Shown piece after piece: positions 10,566 through 20,920 of a stretch of 64,000 nt of DNA. Below the pieces are notes generated by a model that did no database searches, was not told the DNA's origin, and saw only the letters and a list, made by a program, of their open reading frames with translations. A program made the position numbers and the translations under genes. The first letter of the stretch is position 1, and each line of letters opens with the position of its first letter. This stretch comes from Prorocentrum cordatum (lineage: Eukaryota). The stretch lies in contig CAUYUJ010000280.1 in the NCBI GenBank assembly GCA_963575745.1, positions 1-64,000 of the forward strand, given 5' to 3'.

Positions 10566-13100
10566 GTTCCCAACCATCCTGTGGTGTTGGGTCCTCGTTT
10601 TGAAGAGACGGTGCCCCGCGTTCTTCTCCTCTCCTCTCCTCTCCTCTCCTCTCCTCTCCTCTCCTCTCCTCTCCTCTCCTCTCCTCCCCTCTCCTCCTCT
10701 CCTCCCCTCCTCTCCTCCTCTCCTCTTCACCCACCCAGTACACCGTTTCGCGGCTCCATAGGGAGCTCCACCGAAGGCCCCAGTTCCCGCGCCCGCATGC
10801 GTCACCCACACCCATTTCGGCACACCCCTCACACGCTTCGTGGCTCCATAGGGAGCTCCACCGAAGGCCCCAGTGCCCGCGCCCGCATGCGTCACCCACA
10901 CCCATTTCGGCACACCCCTCACACGTTTCGTGGCTCCATAGGGAGCTCCACCGAAGGCCCCAGTGCCCGCGCCCGCATGCGTCCCACGCCCATTTCGGCA
11001 CACCCTTCACACGTTTCGTGGCTCCATAGGGAGCTCCACCGAAGGCCCCAGTGCCCGCGCCCGCATGCGTCACCCACACACATTTCGGCACACCCCTCAC
11101 ACGCTTCGTGGCTCCATAGGGAGCTCCACCGAAGGCCCCAGTGCCCGCGCCCGCATGCGTCACCCACACCCATTTCGGCACACCCCTCACCCGCTTCGTG
11201 GCTCCATAGGGAGCCCCACCGAAGGCCCCAGTGCCCGCGCCCGCATGCGTCAGCCACACCCATTTCGGCATACCCCTCACACGTTTCGTGGCCCCATAGG
11301 GAGCCCCACCGAAGGCCCCAGTGCCCGCGCCCGCATGCGTGGCCCACGCCCATTTCGGCACACCCTTCACACGTTTCGTGGCTCCATAGGGAGCTCTACC
11401 GAAGGCCCCAGTTCCCGCGCCCGCATGCGTCAGCCACACCCATTTCGGCACGCCCCTCACACGCTTCGTGGCTCCATAGGGAGCTCCACCGAAGGCCCCA
11501 GTGCCCGCGCCCGCATGCGTCAGCCACACCCATGTCGGCACACCCCTCACACGTTTCGTGGCTCCATAGGGAGCTCCACCGAAGGCCCCAGTGCCCGCGC
11601 CCGCATGCGTCACCCACACCCATTTCGGCACACCCCTCACACGTTCGTGGCTCCATAGGGAGCTCCACCGAAGGCCCCAGTGCCCGCGCCCGCATGCGTC
11701 ACCCACACCCATTTCGGCACACCCCTCACACGTTTCGTGGCCCATAGGGAGCTCCACCGAAGGCCCCAGTGCCCGCGCCCGCATGCGTCACCCACACCCA
11801 TTTCGGCACACCCCTCACACGTTTCGTGGCTCCATAGGGAGCTCCACCGAAGGCCCCAGTGCCCGCGCCCGCATGCGTCACCCACACCCATTTCGGCACA
11901 CCCCTCACACGTTTCGTGGCTCCATAGGGAGCTCCACCGAAGGCCCCAGTGCCCGCGCCCGCATGCGTCCCCCACACCCATTTCGGCACACCCCTCACAC
12001 GTTTCGTGGCTCCATAGGGAGCTCCACCGAAGGCCCCAGTGCCCGCGCCCGCATGCGTCACCCACACCCATTTCGGCACACCCCTCACACGTTTCGTGGC
12101 TCCATAGGGAGCTCCACCGAAGGCCCCAGTGCCCGCGCCCGCATGCGTCACCCACACCCATTTCGGCACACCCCTCACACGTTTCGTGGCTCCATAGGGA
12201 GCTCCACCGAAGGCCCCAGTGCCCGCGCCCGCATGCGTCAGCCACACCCATTTCGGCACACCCCTCACACGTTTCGTGGCTCCATAGGGAGCTCCACCGA
12301 AGGCCCCAGTGCCCGCGCCCGCATGCGCCAGCCACACCCATTTCGGCACACCCCTCACACGTTTCGTGGCCCCATGGGGAGCTCCACCGAAGGCCCCAGT
12401 GCCAGCGCCCGCACGCGTCAGCCACACCCATTTCGGCACACCCCTCACACGCTTCGTGGCTCCATAGGGAGCTCCACCGAAGGCCCCAGTGCCCGCGCCC
12501 GCATGCGTCAGCCACGCCCATTTCGGCACACCCCTCACACGCTTCGTGGCCCCATAGGGAGCTCCACCGAAGGCCCCAGTGCCCGCGCCCGCATGCGTCA
12601 CCACGCCCATTTCGGCACGCCCCTCACACGTTTCGTGGCCCCATATGGAGCTCCACCGAAAGCCCCAGTGCCCGCGCCCGCATGCGTCAGCCACACCCAT
12701 TTCGGCACACCCCTCAAACGTTTCGTGGCCCCATAGGGAGCTCCACCGAAGGCCCAGTGCCCGCGCCCGCATGCGTCAGCCACACCCATTTCGGCACACC
12801 CCTCACACGTTCGTGGCCCCATAGGGAGCTCCACCGAAGGCCCCAGTGCCCGCGCCCGCATGCGTCAGCCACACCCATTTCGGCACACCCCTCAAACGTT
12901 TCGTGGTCCCATAGGGAGCTCCACCGAAGGCCCCGGTGCCCGCGCCCGCATGCGTCAGCCACACCCATTTCGTCAACTCCCTCACACGTTTCGTGGCCCC
13001 ATGGGGAGCTCCACCGAAGGCCCCAGTGCCAGCGCCCGCATGCGTCCCGCACACCCATCCCCTTCACACGCTTCTTGGCCCTATAGGGAGCCCCACCGAA
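10566..13100. repeat. Satellite-bearing element: 40-bp hairpin-containing head, (CTCCT)n, then about 26 copies of a 90-bp unit
   Basis: Unit ...CATAGGGAGCTCCACCGAAGGCCCCAGTGCCCGCGCCCGCATGCGTCACCCACACCCATTTCGGCACACCCCTCACACGTTTCGTGGCTC repeated near-identically over ~10745-13100. Head GTTCCCAACCATCCTGTGGTGTTGGGTCCTCGTTTTGAA is shared with 31266. Confidence 0.9.
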
Positions 13101-13325
13101 ATTGGTAGTGTCAACTGCGGTATTCACACCTGCACATGGCTGGGTCCTTCGTCAGGCTATTTAAAGATATCTTAACTTTTTCAAGTCGCCCGTCTCCTCC
13201 TCCATCCTCCTTCCTCCCCCTCCTGCCCCCGCCTCCTCATCCGCCTCCTCCCTCGCCCTCCTCCTGCAGCCGTTTTGGCTTCGTGTGCGCCGACCTCGCC
13301 AGCTAGTGTGACGTGTTCAGAGCAG

Positions 13326-14642
13326 ATGGGCAAGCGCAAAGCTGCGGTCGCTGATGGCGACGCGGCCGAGGCCGCCGAGCCGCCCAAGGTGACCGTCGAG
13401 CAGGAGCCGAAGGGCCGCCAGGTGCAGCTGTGCCTTGCCCAGCTTGGGATATGCGCCAAGTCCCAGCAGCACGAGGCCGCGGCGCCTGTCGACGGCCCAC
13501 CCCCGCGCAAGGCCGCGGCGCGCGCCAGCGCCCCCAGGCGCCCCAGCCGCATGCCACCTCAGGCCGCGGCGCGCGCCCCCGCCGAGCCCAAGGCCGCGGC
13601 GCCCGCCATCGCCCCAGTCCAGCCCAAGGCCGAGGCGCCTGACGGCACCGACGCCGGGGTCGGCCCGACGCCCCAGGAAGTCGAGCCGCCGTCGGGTGAG
13701 AAGAACGCCAAGAAGCTGCAGAACGATTTCCAGAACAACATCAAGTCCACAAAGACCCCAGCATGGGTGAAACAGGCTTGGGAGGAGGTGAAGACGAAGA
13801 AACAGAAGGAACCCGAGCGCGTCCGCTTCGCACTTGAGGTGGCGAGCGTTGTCAACAAGCAGTTCGATGAGAACGAATACCTCAGCTCGACTTTCAAGGT
13901 GCAGCAGACCATGGCGGAGACTAGCAAAGAGGGAGTAAAGGGCAAGTGGACGTCCTACGACAATGCCGCGTCAAAAGAGGGCAAGGCAGTCATCGACGAG
14001 ATGGTTCGGTTGAAGACCGTCGAAACTCGCTTGCACAAAGGTCTGCGCGAGGGCCACAACGTGCCGCGGCCACAGTGCCTCGAGCTGAAGCTTGGCAGGG
14101 ACGTGTTCTCCGACATGACAGGCGTGGAGAAGAAGATCCAACTCGACGTCGAGGGGGCGGCAGATGCAGCCGACCGCGAGTTTCTTCAGAACTCGATGCG
14201 CTTGCAGGCGCGTCCCCGCGATTCGGGGGCACCAGGAGCCTTGGTGGCGCCATCGCCGAGCTCGCCGAAGACTGATGCTGCCGATGGGGCCATCCCCAAA
14301 ACACTCCTGGACGCCTCCCTCAAGAACGTGTCAATCGCCCGCTCGCAGTGGGATCGAGCCGCGCGCATTTGGAAGACGACGATCAGCATGAGCGAGAAGA
14401 ACAGCCGCACCAAAGATACCGAGATGCTCAGGGAGCTCCATGAGATCATCGATGGCGGCGCCGAGATTGATAGGAGACTCGTTGCGTTTGACACCTTGGC
14501 GAAAAACCCCAACGAGCAGATTACGAATGCGATGCACGAGGAGGCCAAGAAGCTCTGCACGGGCGTCTTCCAGAAGAAGAAGGACGGCGGCATCAGGTCT
14601 AACATGCTGATGGCGTGGATTCGCATGAAGGAAGCTTCTTGA
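13326..14642 (+). CDS. Transposon ORF-C, hypothetical protein (Ala/Pro-rich N-terminus, helical C-terminus)
   Basis: Intact intronless 438-aa ORF (MGKRKAAV...WIRMKEAS*) with strong GC3 bias. SL-like motif AGCCGTTTTGGCT at 13268-13280 upstream. Confidence 0.75.
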   Translation: MGKRKAAVADGDAAEAAEPPKVTVEQEPKGRQVQLCLAQLGICAKSQQHEAAAPVDGPPPRKAAARASAPRRPSRMPPQAAARAPAEPKAAAPAIAPVQPKAEAPDGTDAGVGPTPQEVEPPSGEKNAKKLQNDFQNNIKSTKTPAWVKQAWEEVKTKKQKEPERVRFALEVASVVNKQFDENEYLSSTFKVQQTMAETSKEGVKGKWTSYDNAASKEGKAVIDEMVRLKTVETRLHKGLREGHNVPRPQCLELKLGRDVFSDMTGVEKKIQLDVEGAADAADREFLQNSMRLQARPRDSGAPGALVAPSPSSPKTDAADGAIPKTLLDASLKNVSIARSQWDRAARIWKTTISMSEKNSRTKDTEMLRELHEIIDGGAEIDRRLVAFDTLAKNPNEQITNAMHEEAKKLCTGVFQKKKDGGIRSNMLMAWIRMKEAS

Positions 14643-15135
14643 GGGGTCAGATCGGCTTCAGCTGAATCGGCGGCGCGCGCTTCGGGAATTGCGCGGTTTT
14701 CTTGGCGCCATTCGTATCCTCCCCCTCCTCCCCCACAGCATCCCTCTCATCATACTCCTCATCATTATCCTCCTCCGCCTCTTCCTGCTACGCATTGGAT
14801 GCAATGCGATTGCGCATATGTAGTTGAATACCTGTTGGGGCCTCTTGTCAAAACCAATCGTCCCCGACCCAATCTTGGCACCGCGGTTGCGCTGGGCATC
14901 ACCGTTGCCATCAACACCGCATGCTTCGACGTTGCCACCATCATTATCGCAAGCACTACTTGCGTCGCTCACAATCCATACCGCTACCCGGCGCAAATTG
15001 CACGGCCATGGCTCGCCTTCTCGGCAGGGCTGCAGCTCGCCTTCTCGGCAGGGCTGCAACTCGCCCTGGCTCGCCTTTTTGGCAGGGCTTATGCTTGCCT
15101 CGCCCCTCCCCCCTCATCTCATCCGCAGCCGTTTT

Positions 15136-16922
15136 ATGGCTTCGCTATTCGCGCCGCTTTTCGCCCCGCTGCAGGACCACTCATCGAGTAAGCGGGGTGG
15201 TGGATGGCGCCAGCGAAGCCTCGCTGAGGAGACTGCGGCCATCGAAGCGAGAACGCTCAGCCCGCGCCGAGAGACTTGTGAAAGTTGTTTGTTGTATCTC
15301 AAAAATTGGGGCTCTGGCATTGCTTCCGCTCCCCTCACGTGGCTCCACGTGGACACGCTGCTGCGCGATGGCTTCGACCACCCTGGCTTGCGGCGGATGC
15401 ACGCGATCGCCCGCCACGAGGGTGATCAGAATGCGCACGCTGGCTTGATCAAGTTAGTGGGCCGCACTTTGGGATTCGACAAAATGACGCTCGGTGTTCT
15501 GGACAGCTCTGTTTCCCAAGTCATCCCCCCCAGCTAATATGGTCAGTATCCTACACAAGCACGACCGCTACAAATTCCAGCGCGTGTTCGGCGCCACTGC
15601 TGCGATCCGTCGTTTCTGGGAACAATTATTTGCCACGCGGGATGGGCGAGGGTTGCGCTCGCTGCGCCCGCATTTGATGGGCAAAACTCCAGAGGACTTG
15701 AAATGGACCGTCCCGTGCACAATACGCGAAGATGCAGCCCCGCACAGTAAACGGCTCTCAACGTCAGTTGTGTCTTGGTCGTCGGTGCTCGGCCAAGGCA
15801 AGGAGATCGAGTGCAATATTGTCCACCATGCCGAGATCAAGATCAAAGGCCAGGCGATCAATTCTGCCGCCCCTGCGTGGGCGTCACTGTTCACATCGTT
15901 CGATATGTTAGCTCGTGGCCAACACCTGGACGGGGAACCCGCCGCAGAGGACCCAGACGGCACCATTTGGAAGTTCGCGCTTTTGTTCGGCAAGGGCGAC
16001 ATGGGGCAATTGATGAGGTGGGGACACAGGTCATACAATGCCTCTGTTTCGGTGTGTTCGGGGTGCGATTGCGACCGTGACGAAAAGCCATCTACGTCAT
16101 GATGCACCTTGGAGGGCCTCCGTGAACGTCGACAATGCGACATACATTGGCCGAACGAGCAGTGGCCATCCTTTGCGTGATTCAATGTATTTCAACAAGT
16201 ATTTCTTCAGATACGATGTGATGCACGTCATGGATCACCATGGGTTGACGGCTGTTGCTGCGGGAGGTATACTGATGCGTCTCGTACGGTCAGAGCGCCG
16301 CTTGGGGGCCAACCAACTAGAGCGCCTTAGCAACATAAGCAGTTTCATTAAGGTGCATCAGGGCAACCATAACGTGACATCTATAATACCAGAGTTGCGA
16401 CTTAAAGACCTTACCGTGGACGGCTGGGACGAGCTAGGGGGAACCTTAATCAAAGCTGCTAACACGCGTTGTTTGGTGCCTGCATTGGTGGAGCTTTCGA
16501 AACAATATTTTGGCGACCCCTGCGATGGCCTTCATATAGCAATGAGGGGGTTCATCTCGGCAATCAATGAGGTGTACAATGTACTGTACAGCGCCTCTGC
16601 GTTTCTGACATCAGACCAGAAATCTGAATTGGAAGGCGCTGTTCTCAGTATGGGCGTTTTCCACATGCAGTGCCGCCAGTTTTCGGCGCACGCAGGCGTG
16701 AATGCGTTCCCTGTGCGCCCCAAGGCGCACTACGCCCAACACATTCCACAGCAGTGCAAGCTCATTAACAGTCGGTTTCTTCAATGTTATTCAGAGGAGA
16801 GCATGATGGGCGTAGTTGTTCGCATCTACAAACGTACATGCGCGGGCCCATATCACAAGCGCGTTCAGCGCAGCGTCCTTTTCAAGTACCTGAGCTACTG
16901 GTGCGTGGAACTGAGGTTGTAA
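15136..16922 (+). pseudogene. CMC/EnSpm-like DDE transposase with two frameshifts
   Basis: Three overlapping frames join at ~15530 (C7 run) and ~16095. Motifs in order: TIREDAAP (D1), LFGKGD (D2), CSGCDC, YDVMHVMDHHG (DxxH), RPKAHYAQH (KxH), CYSEESMMG (E). This order resembles CACTA/Mirage-type transposases. Confidence 0.75.
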
Positions 16923-18194
16923 AAAATCATCATCATTGTCATCATCATCATCATCATCGTCATCATCATCACCATCATCATCATCATCACAACCCCCTCC
17001 TCCTCCTCCCCCTCCTCCCCCTCGTCCTCCCACGCGTCTTCCTTCCCCTCGTCCTCCTTGTCCTCCCCTCTCTCCTCCTCCGTGTGCGTGCGTGTGTATA
17101 TATACATATGTATTAACTAGAGATATGCATGTTTATATAGAATTGTATATATATATATATATACGGCCATCGTGAGAACGATAACTATAGCGAAAACGTA
17201 CATACGTATAACGTAGTTTTCTTTAGCGCTAGCGAAACATGATCAGCGTCGGAGTACAAACGCTTCGCGCATAACGCCAATTTCGTTAACGTTTCGTTAC
17301 GATTTGGGGCGCTAGTGTAATCTTTATAAATCTAGCTGAATGCAGAGTCTGGGCTAGGCACGCCCACCCAACAGACAAGACCGCGAGGCAGGAATCAGGA
17401 ACCAGACGGCACGAGAGAAGAGGAGAAGGGAACACAGGAAACAGGAGAAGGAGGAGAGGAGAGGAGGAGGAGGAGGAGGAGGAGGAGGAATTCCCAGAAT
17501 TCCTTTTTTAAACAAAAAAAAAAGTGGGACTCCGACTAGGAGATCCCACACATCCCCTGACATCTGGCCGGTACCGCGCCTCCCGGCTTCCCGGGGGGCC
17601 CCCAAGACGCCCAAGGACAGCCCAAGACGACACCAAGGAGCCCCCAGAACGTAACGAACGGCCCAACACGCTCCCGCGCAGCCCGAGACACCCTTCCGAC
17701 GGCTCTCCAGGCCTCCAGGAGGCCTCCAGAACCCCCAGGGGGTCCGGAAGATCCCACACCCCTGAGGGGCCCGGCTAACAAAACCCGCGAGGCACAACCA
17801 AAGAACAGCGCCGAACAGCGCCAAGGAAATGGAAATTCATGGAAATCCAACAATTCCTTCTTTTTTTGTTTCAAGTTTGGCCCCGGTCTATTCTTGCACA
17901 ACAGACCACAATTCAGACCCCCTCACCTCCCAAAGAAAAACCCAGGAAGCCGTTGAGAGCCCCAAATCGTTAAATACCCAAAGGAAATTAATGTTTGTTG
18001 CGTTTCCGCATTTCCCCTTCTATGCGATTCCGAGGCTTGCGCAGGGCCTCCAAGGGAGCCCCTGGACGCAAGAAGCGACCAAAACGAGATTTCATGAGTT
18101 GACTGATCAAGCCTAGCTAGAACTTGAGCGCGCGCGAAGCGCGCGCGATGGTTCTAGTGTATATATATACACACACGTACACAACAATAGGACG

Positions 18195-18255
<61 letters not shown>

Positions 18256-18269
18256 GTAATCAGAATATC

Positions 18270-18304
<35 letters not shown>

Positions 18305-18555
18305 TAGTACTATTATTAATAATAGTATTGTTAATACGAATAATACTGATAACACTACTGGTACTAATATCAGTAATAACATTGTTACGAATAACAATAC
18401 ATGCATAATAGCGAGATTGATCTTGATAATCAGAGTGATGATACCGATGAGAACAATACTACGAATCCTGATAATCTATATGTCGTCGACGTGTGGTCCA
18501 CTCCAGGCCGGCGTCCCCCCCCCTGAGGCCAGCACCCCGCTCTCGACCCCCTCAG

Positions 18556-18676
18556 GCCGCGAGCAAGCTGCAGGCGCTGCTCGCCAAGGGCAGCGAGTTC
18601 CGCCCGCTGATCGTCTTCTCCGTCGGGCGGAGCTTCTGCCGCCAGCTGGCAGAGATGACATCCGGGCGCCTGCGGG
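18556..18676 (+). CDS. Exon 2 of helicase fusion gene (RecA2 motif IV)
   Basis: AASKLQALLAKGSEFRPLIVFSVGRSFCRQLAEM matches the Mtr4/Ski2 PVIVFSFSKxxCExxA motif. Acceptor CAG|G at 18555/18556, phase 0 with exon 1. Donor G|GCAAG at 18676/18677 preferred; alternative 18665/18666. Confidence 0.8.
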
Positions 18677-18867
18677 GCAAGCTCCGCACGTCGTGCGAGC
18701 ACGGCGCTCTGCGTGGGCTCTGCGTGGAGACCCTCTGAGGGCCACCCAGAAGGCCGTATGGCATGCCCTCGGGGCCCCAAGAGCCGTCGTACGTGACACT
18801 TCGTCTCCCCCAGACCTCCGGGAGCCGCAACATGCAGCAGCTTCGAATAAGACGAAGCCACGTAAAC

Positions 18868-19015
18868 ATAAACTTTTGGCGCTCCGCACGGATTTCTCGG
18901 ATCCGCGCTGGGCCCCCCTAGCGGCGCCTCCGGCGCCGCCCCTGGCGCGCTCCGCGCGCCAGGGAGGGGGCCCAGCGCAGATCCAAGAAATCCGCGCGGA
19001 GCGCCAAAAGTTTAT
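18868..19015. mobile_element. Hairpin MITE family B (long inverted arms)
   Basis: ATAAACTTTTGGCGCTCCGCACGGATTTCTCGGATCCGCGCTGGGCCCCC pairs with GGGGGCCCAGCGCAGATCCAAGAAATCCGCGCGGAGCGCCAAAAGTTTAT (about 50-bp arms, few mismatches). Relatives at ~49922-50038 and ~50563-50710. Confidence 0.8.
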
Positions 19016-19439
19016 AGTTATGCGGGTTTTTTCTTCTCCCACAGCTCGTTTCCCCAGTCGCGAGGGGGCCACGCTTGACACGCGACAGTTGGTTGTCATA
19101 TGGCCCGAGTGGCCGTAGCATGTGAAAGCTCGCCCTCCCAGGCCCACATGGTTGCAAACATGTTGTCGCACAACGCTTGTCGTGCATCGTTAATCGCCCC
19201 CACCATTACGAATACCGCCCCGTGGCCAATGCTACCTCAAGGGCGGGCGAGTCGATTTCCCTGCGCTTTACTGGAACAGAGAGCCACGGTCTTCAGATAT
19301 TCCACTCCTCATTCCAAAGGATACTTGTGCGGTGCGGAGAAAGTGTTACTTCCTGAACAGTATGGTGCTACCATCATCGAACTTCAATGCTGCGCGTGTG
19401 CGCCTAGAAGAGGCGACAACATGAACATGATGTCATCGA

Positions 19440-19744
19440 TCTGATCACCATCATCACCATCAGCGTCATTAGCAGCGTCATCATCAACAACACCATCCTC
19501 ATCATCACCATTCTCACCACCACCGTCGTCAACATCAGCATCGTCATCACCGTCTTCATCACCAACGCCATCAACATCTCCAGCATCCTCCTCATCATCG
19601 TCACCATCACCATCATCGTCATCAGCTTCAGCATCAGCATCATCACCTTTATCCTCATCATTATCGTCATGACCATCATCATCATGTCGTCTTCATACCA
19701 TCATCATCAACATCATCATCATCACCATCGTCATCATCAGCATG

Positions 19745-19791
<47 letters not shown>

Positions 19792-19860
19792 ATTCATCAT
19801 CATAATTAGCATCATCACATTCAGCACTATCATCATCATCGTCATCATCGTCATCATCTA
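19440..19860. repeat. Degenerate (CAT)n microsatellite
   Basis: Direct reading. Confidence 0.9.
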
Positions 19861-20920
19861 CGCCATGGTAGTGCGCAGGCAAGCAACAGGAAAGCTAAAG
19901 GCCAGCTGCCTGGTAATACTAACGCGAGCGAGAAGAAGGCTAAACTCAATCCCAAACGAGTCAAACGTAAGCTAGAGGTAACACAGTACTGAGAAACTGC
20001 GGGCGATATGATCTTGGCGAGCTAACAGCAACCCGAATCGAAGCTACATGCAAGCAGCAAGCCAGCTCAGGGCAAGCCACGGTCAATATGACAACAAATC
20101 AAGCATGCATTATGAAGACAATGCGCGGGCTATGTCAAAACAAGAGAAGGACATGCGAAACGCATTGGCGTAATAGGTCTGAAGTGATCCACGGACACGG
20201 TTCAAGACAAGCAGTCGGCTTCCCCGAGGAACCAGAGAAGTGTGGCCGAAGGAGACAGGAGTATTGTTCCCAAGAGCCCTTATTCGGCATGGCTTCCTGC
20301 ACAATGTAAGTCAGGAGTCTTCGAGCAAAGCCAGTTAGGAGTTAGTGGCACGTTGTGAAACAATCGCAAGGTGCTGGATTGATTTGCGACCCAGTCGCAT
20401 CCTTGAGGGCTTCGTCGAAGATTCTACGAGCCTCATGAGCGGTTCGGGTGGACTTTTGGGGGGTCCGTCTTGAGCTCTCTTTGGGGTATATGAGGCAGGT
20501 GGCCTTTGGGCCACGTCTTGGGCCATCCTGGGGCCGTCTTGGACGTCGTGGGAGCGCCTTTGCCGCTCCCTGGGCCGTTGGGACCGCTGGGAAGGCGCCT
20601 GGGGGGTGGGATCGGGGGGGGGCTGCGGCTCGCGGCTGGGCGGCACCAATCAGGCGATCGCAAACATGGATTAAAGGGGGCGTGGAGTATCGACGGGTCC
20701 CGTTTCCATGGGAAATCGCGGATTTCCGCCGCCGAACGACGCCGCACTTGCCGCATGTTGGAGAGGGTACCTCCCCCGATCCATGGATTTGGCGACCGCG
20801 CGCCAAACCCATGGATCGCTAATCCATGCTTGCGCGCCCCCGAGTGAAGGAAAGGGGGGCTGAGCCACAGAAGCACGGCCAGTGAGCACAGAAGCATCGT
20901 GCGATGCCACTGCGTGCCAG

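Larger units (their letters stand above)
6379..17353 (+). mobile_element. About 11-kb CACTA/EnSpm (CMC-superfamily)-like DNA transposon carrying four ORFs
   Basis: Left terminus CCCAGACTCTttgatccGCTtGATTTATAA; reverse complement of right terminus CCCAGACTCTgcattcaGCTaGATTTATAA. Flanked by CT on both sides (6377-6378, 17354-17355), a 2-bp TSD. AT-rich subterminal regions share TTTAGCGCTAGCGA (6446, 17222). Encodes a decayed DDE transposase. Confidence 0.85.

Noticed and set aside
10745..13100. CRISPR-like array or repeat protein (GAGTGAFGGAPYGATKRVRG ORFs)
   Set aside because: Units are near-identical end to end with no unique spacers and no cas genes. Long ORFs arise in several frames because the 90-bp unit is a multiple of three and stop-poor.
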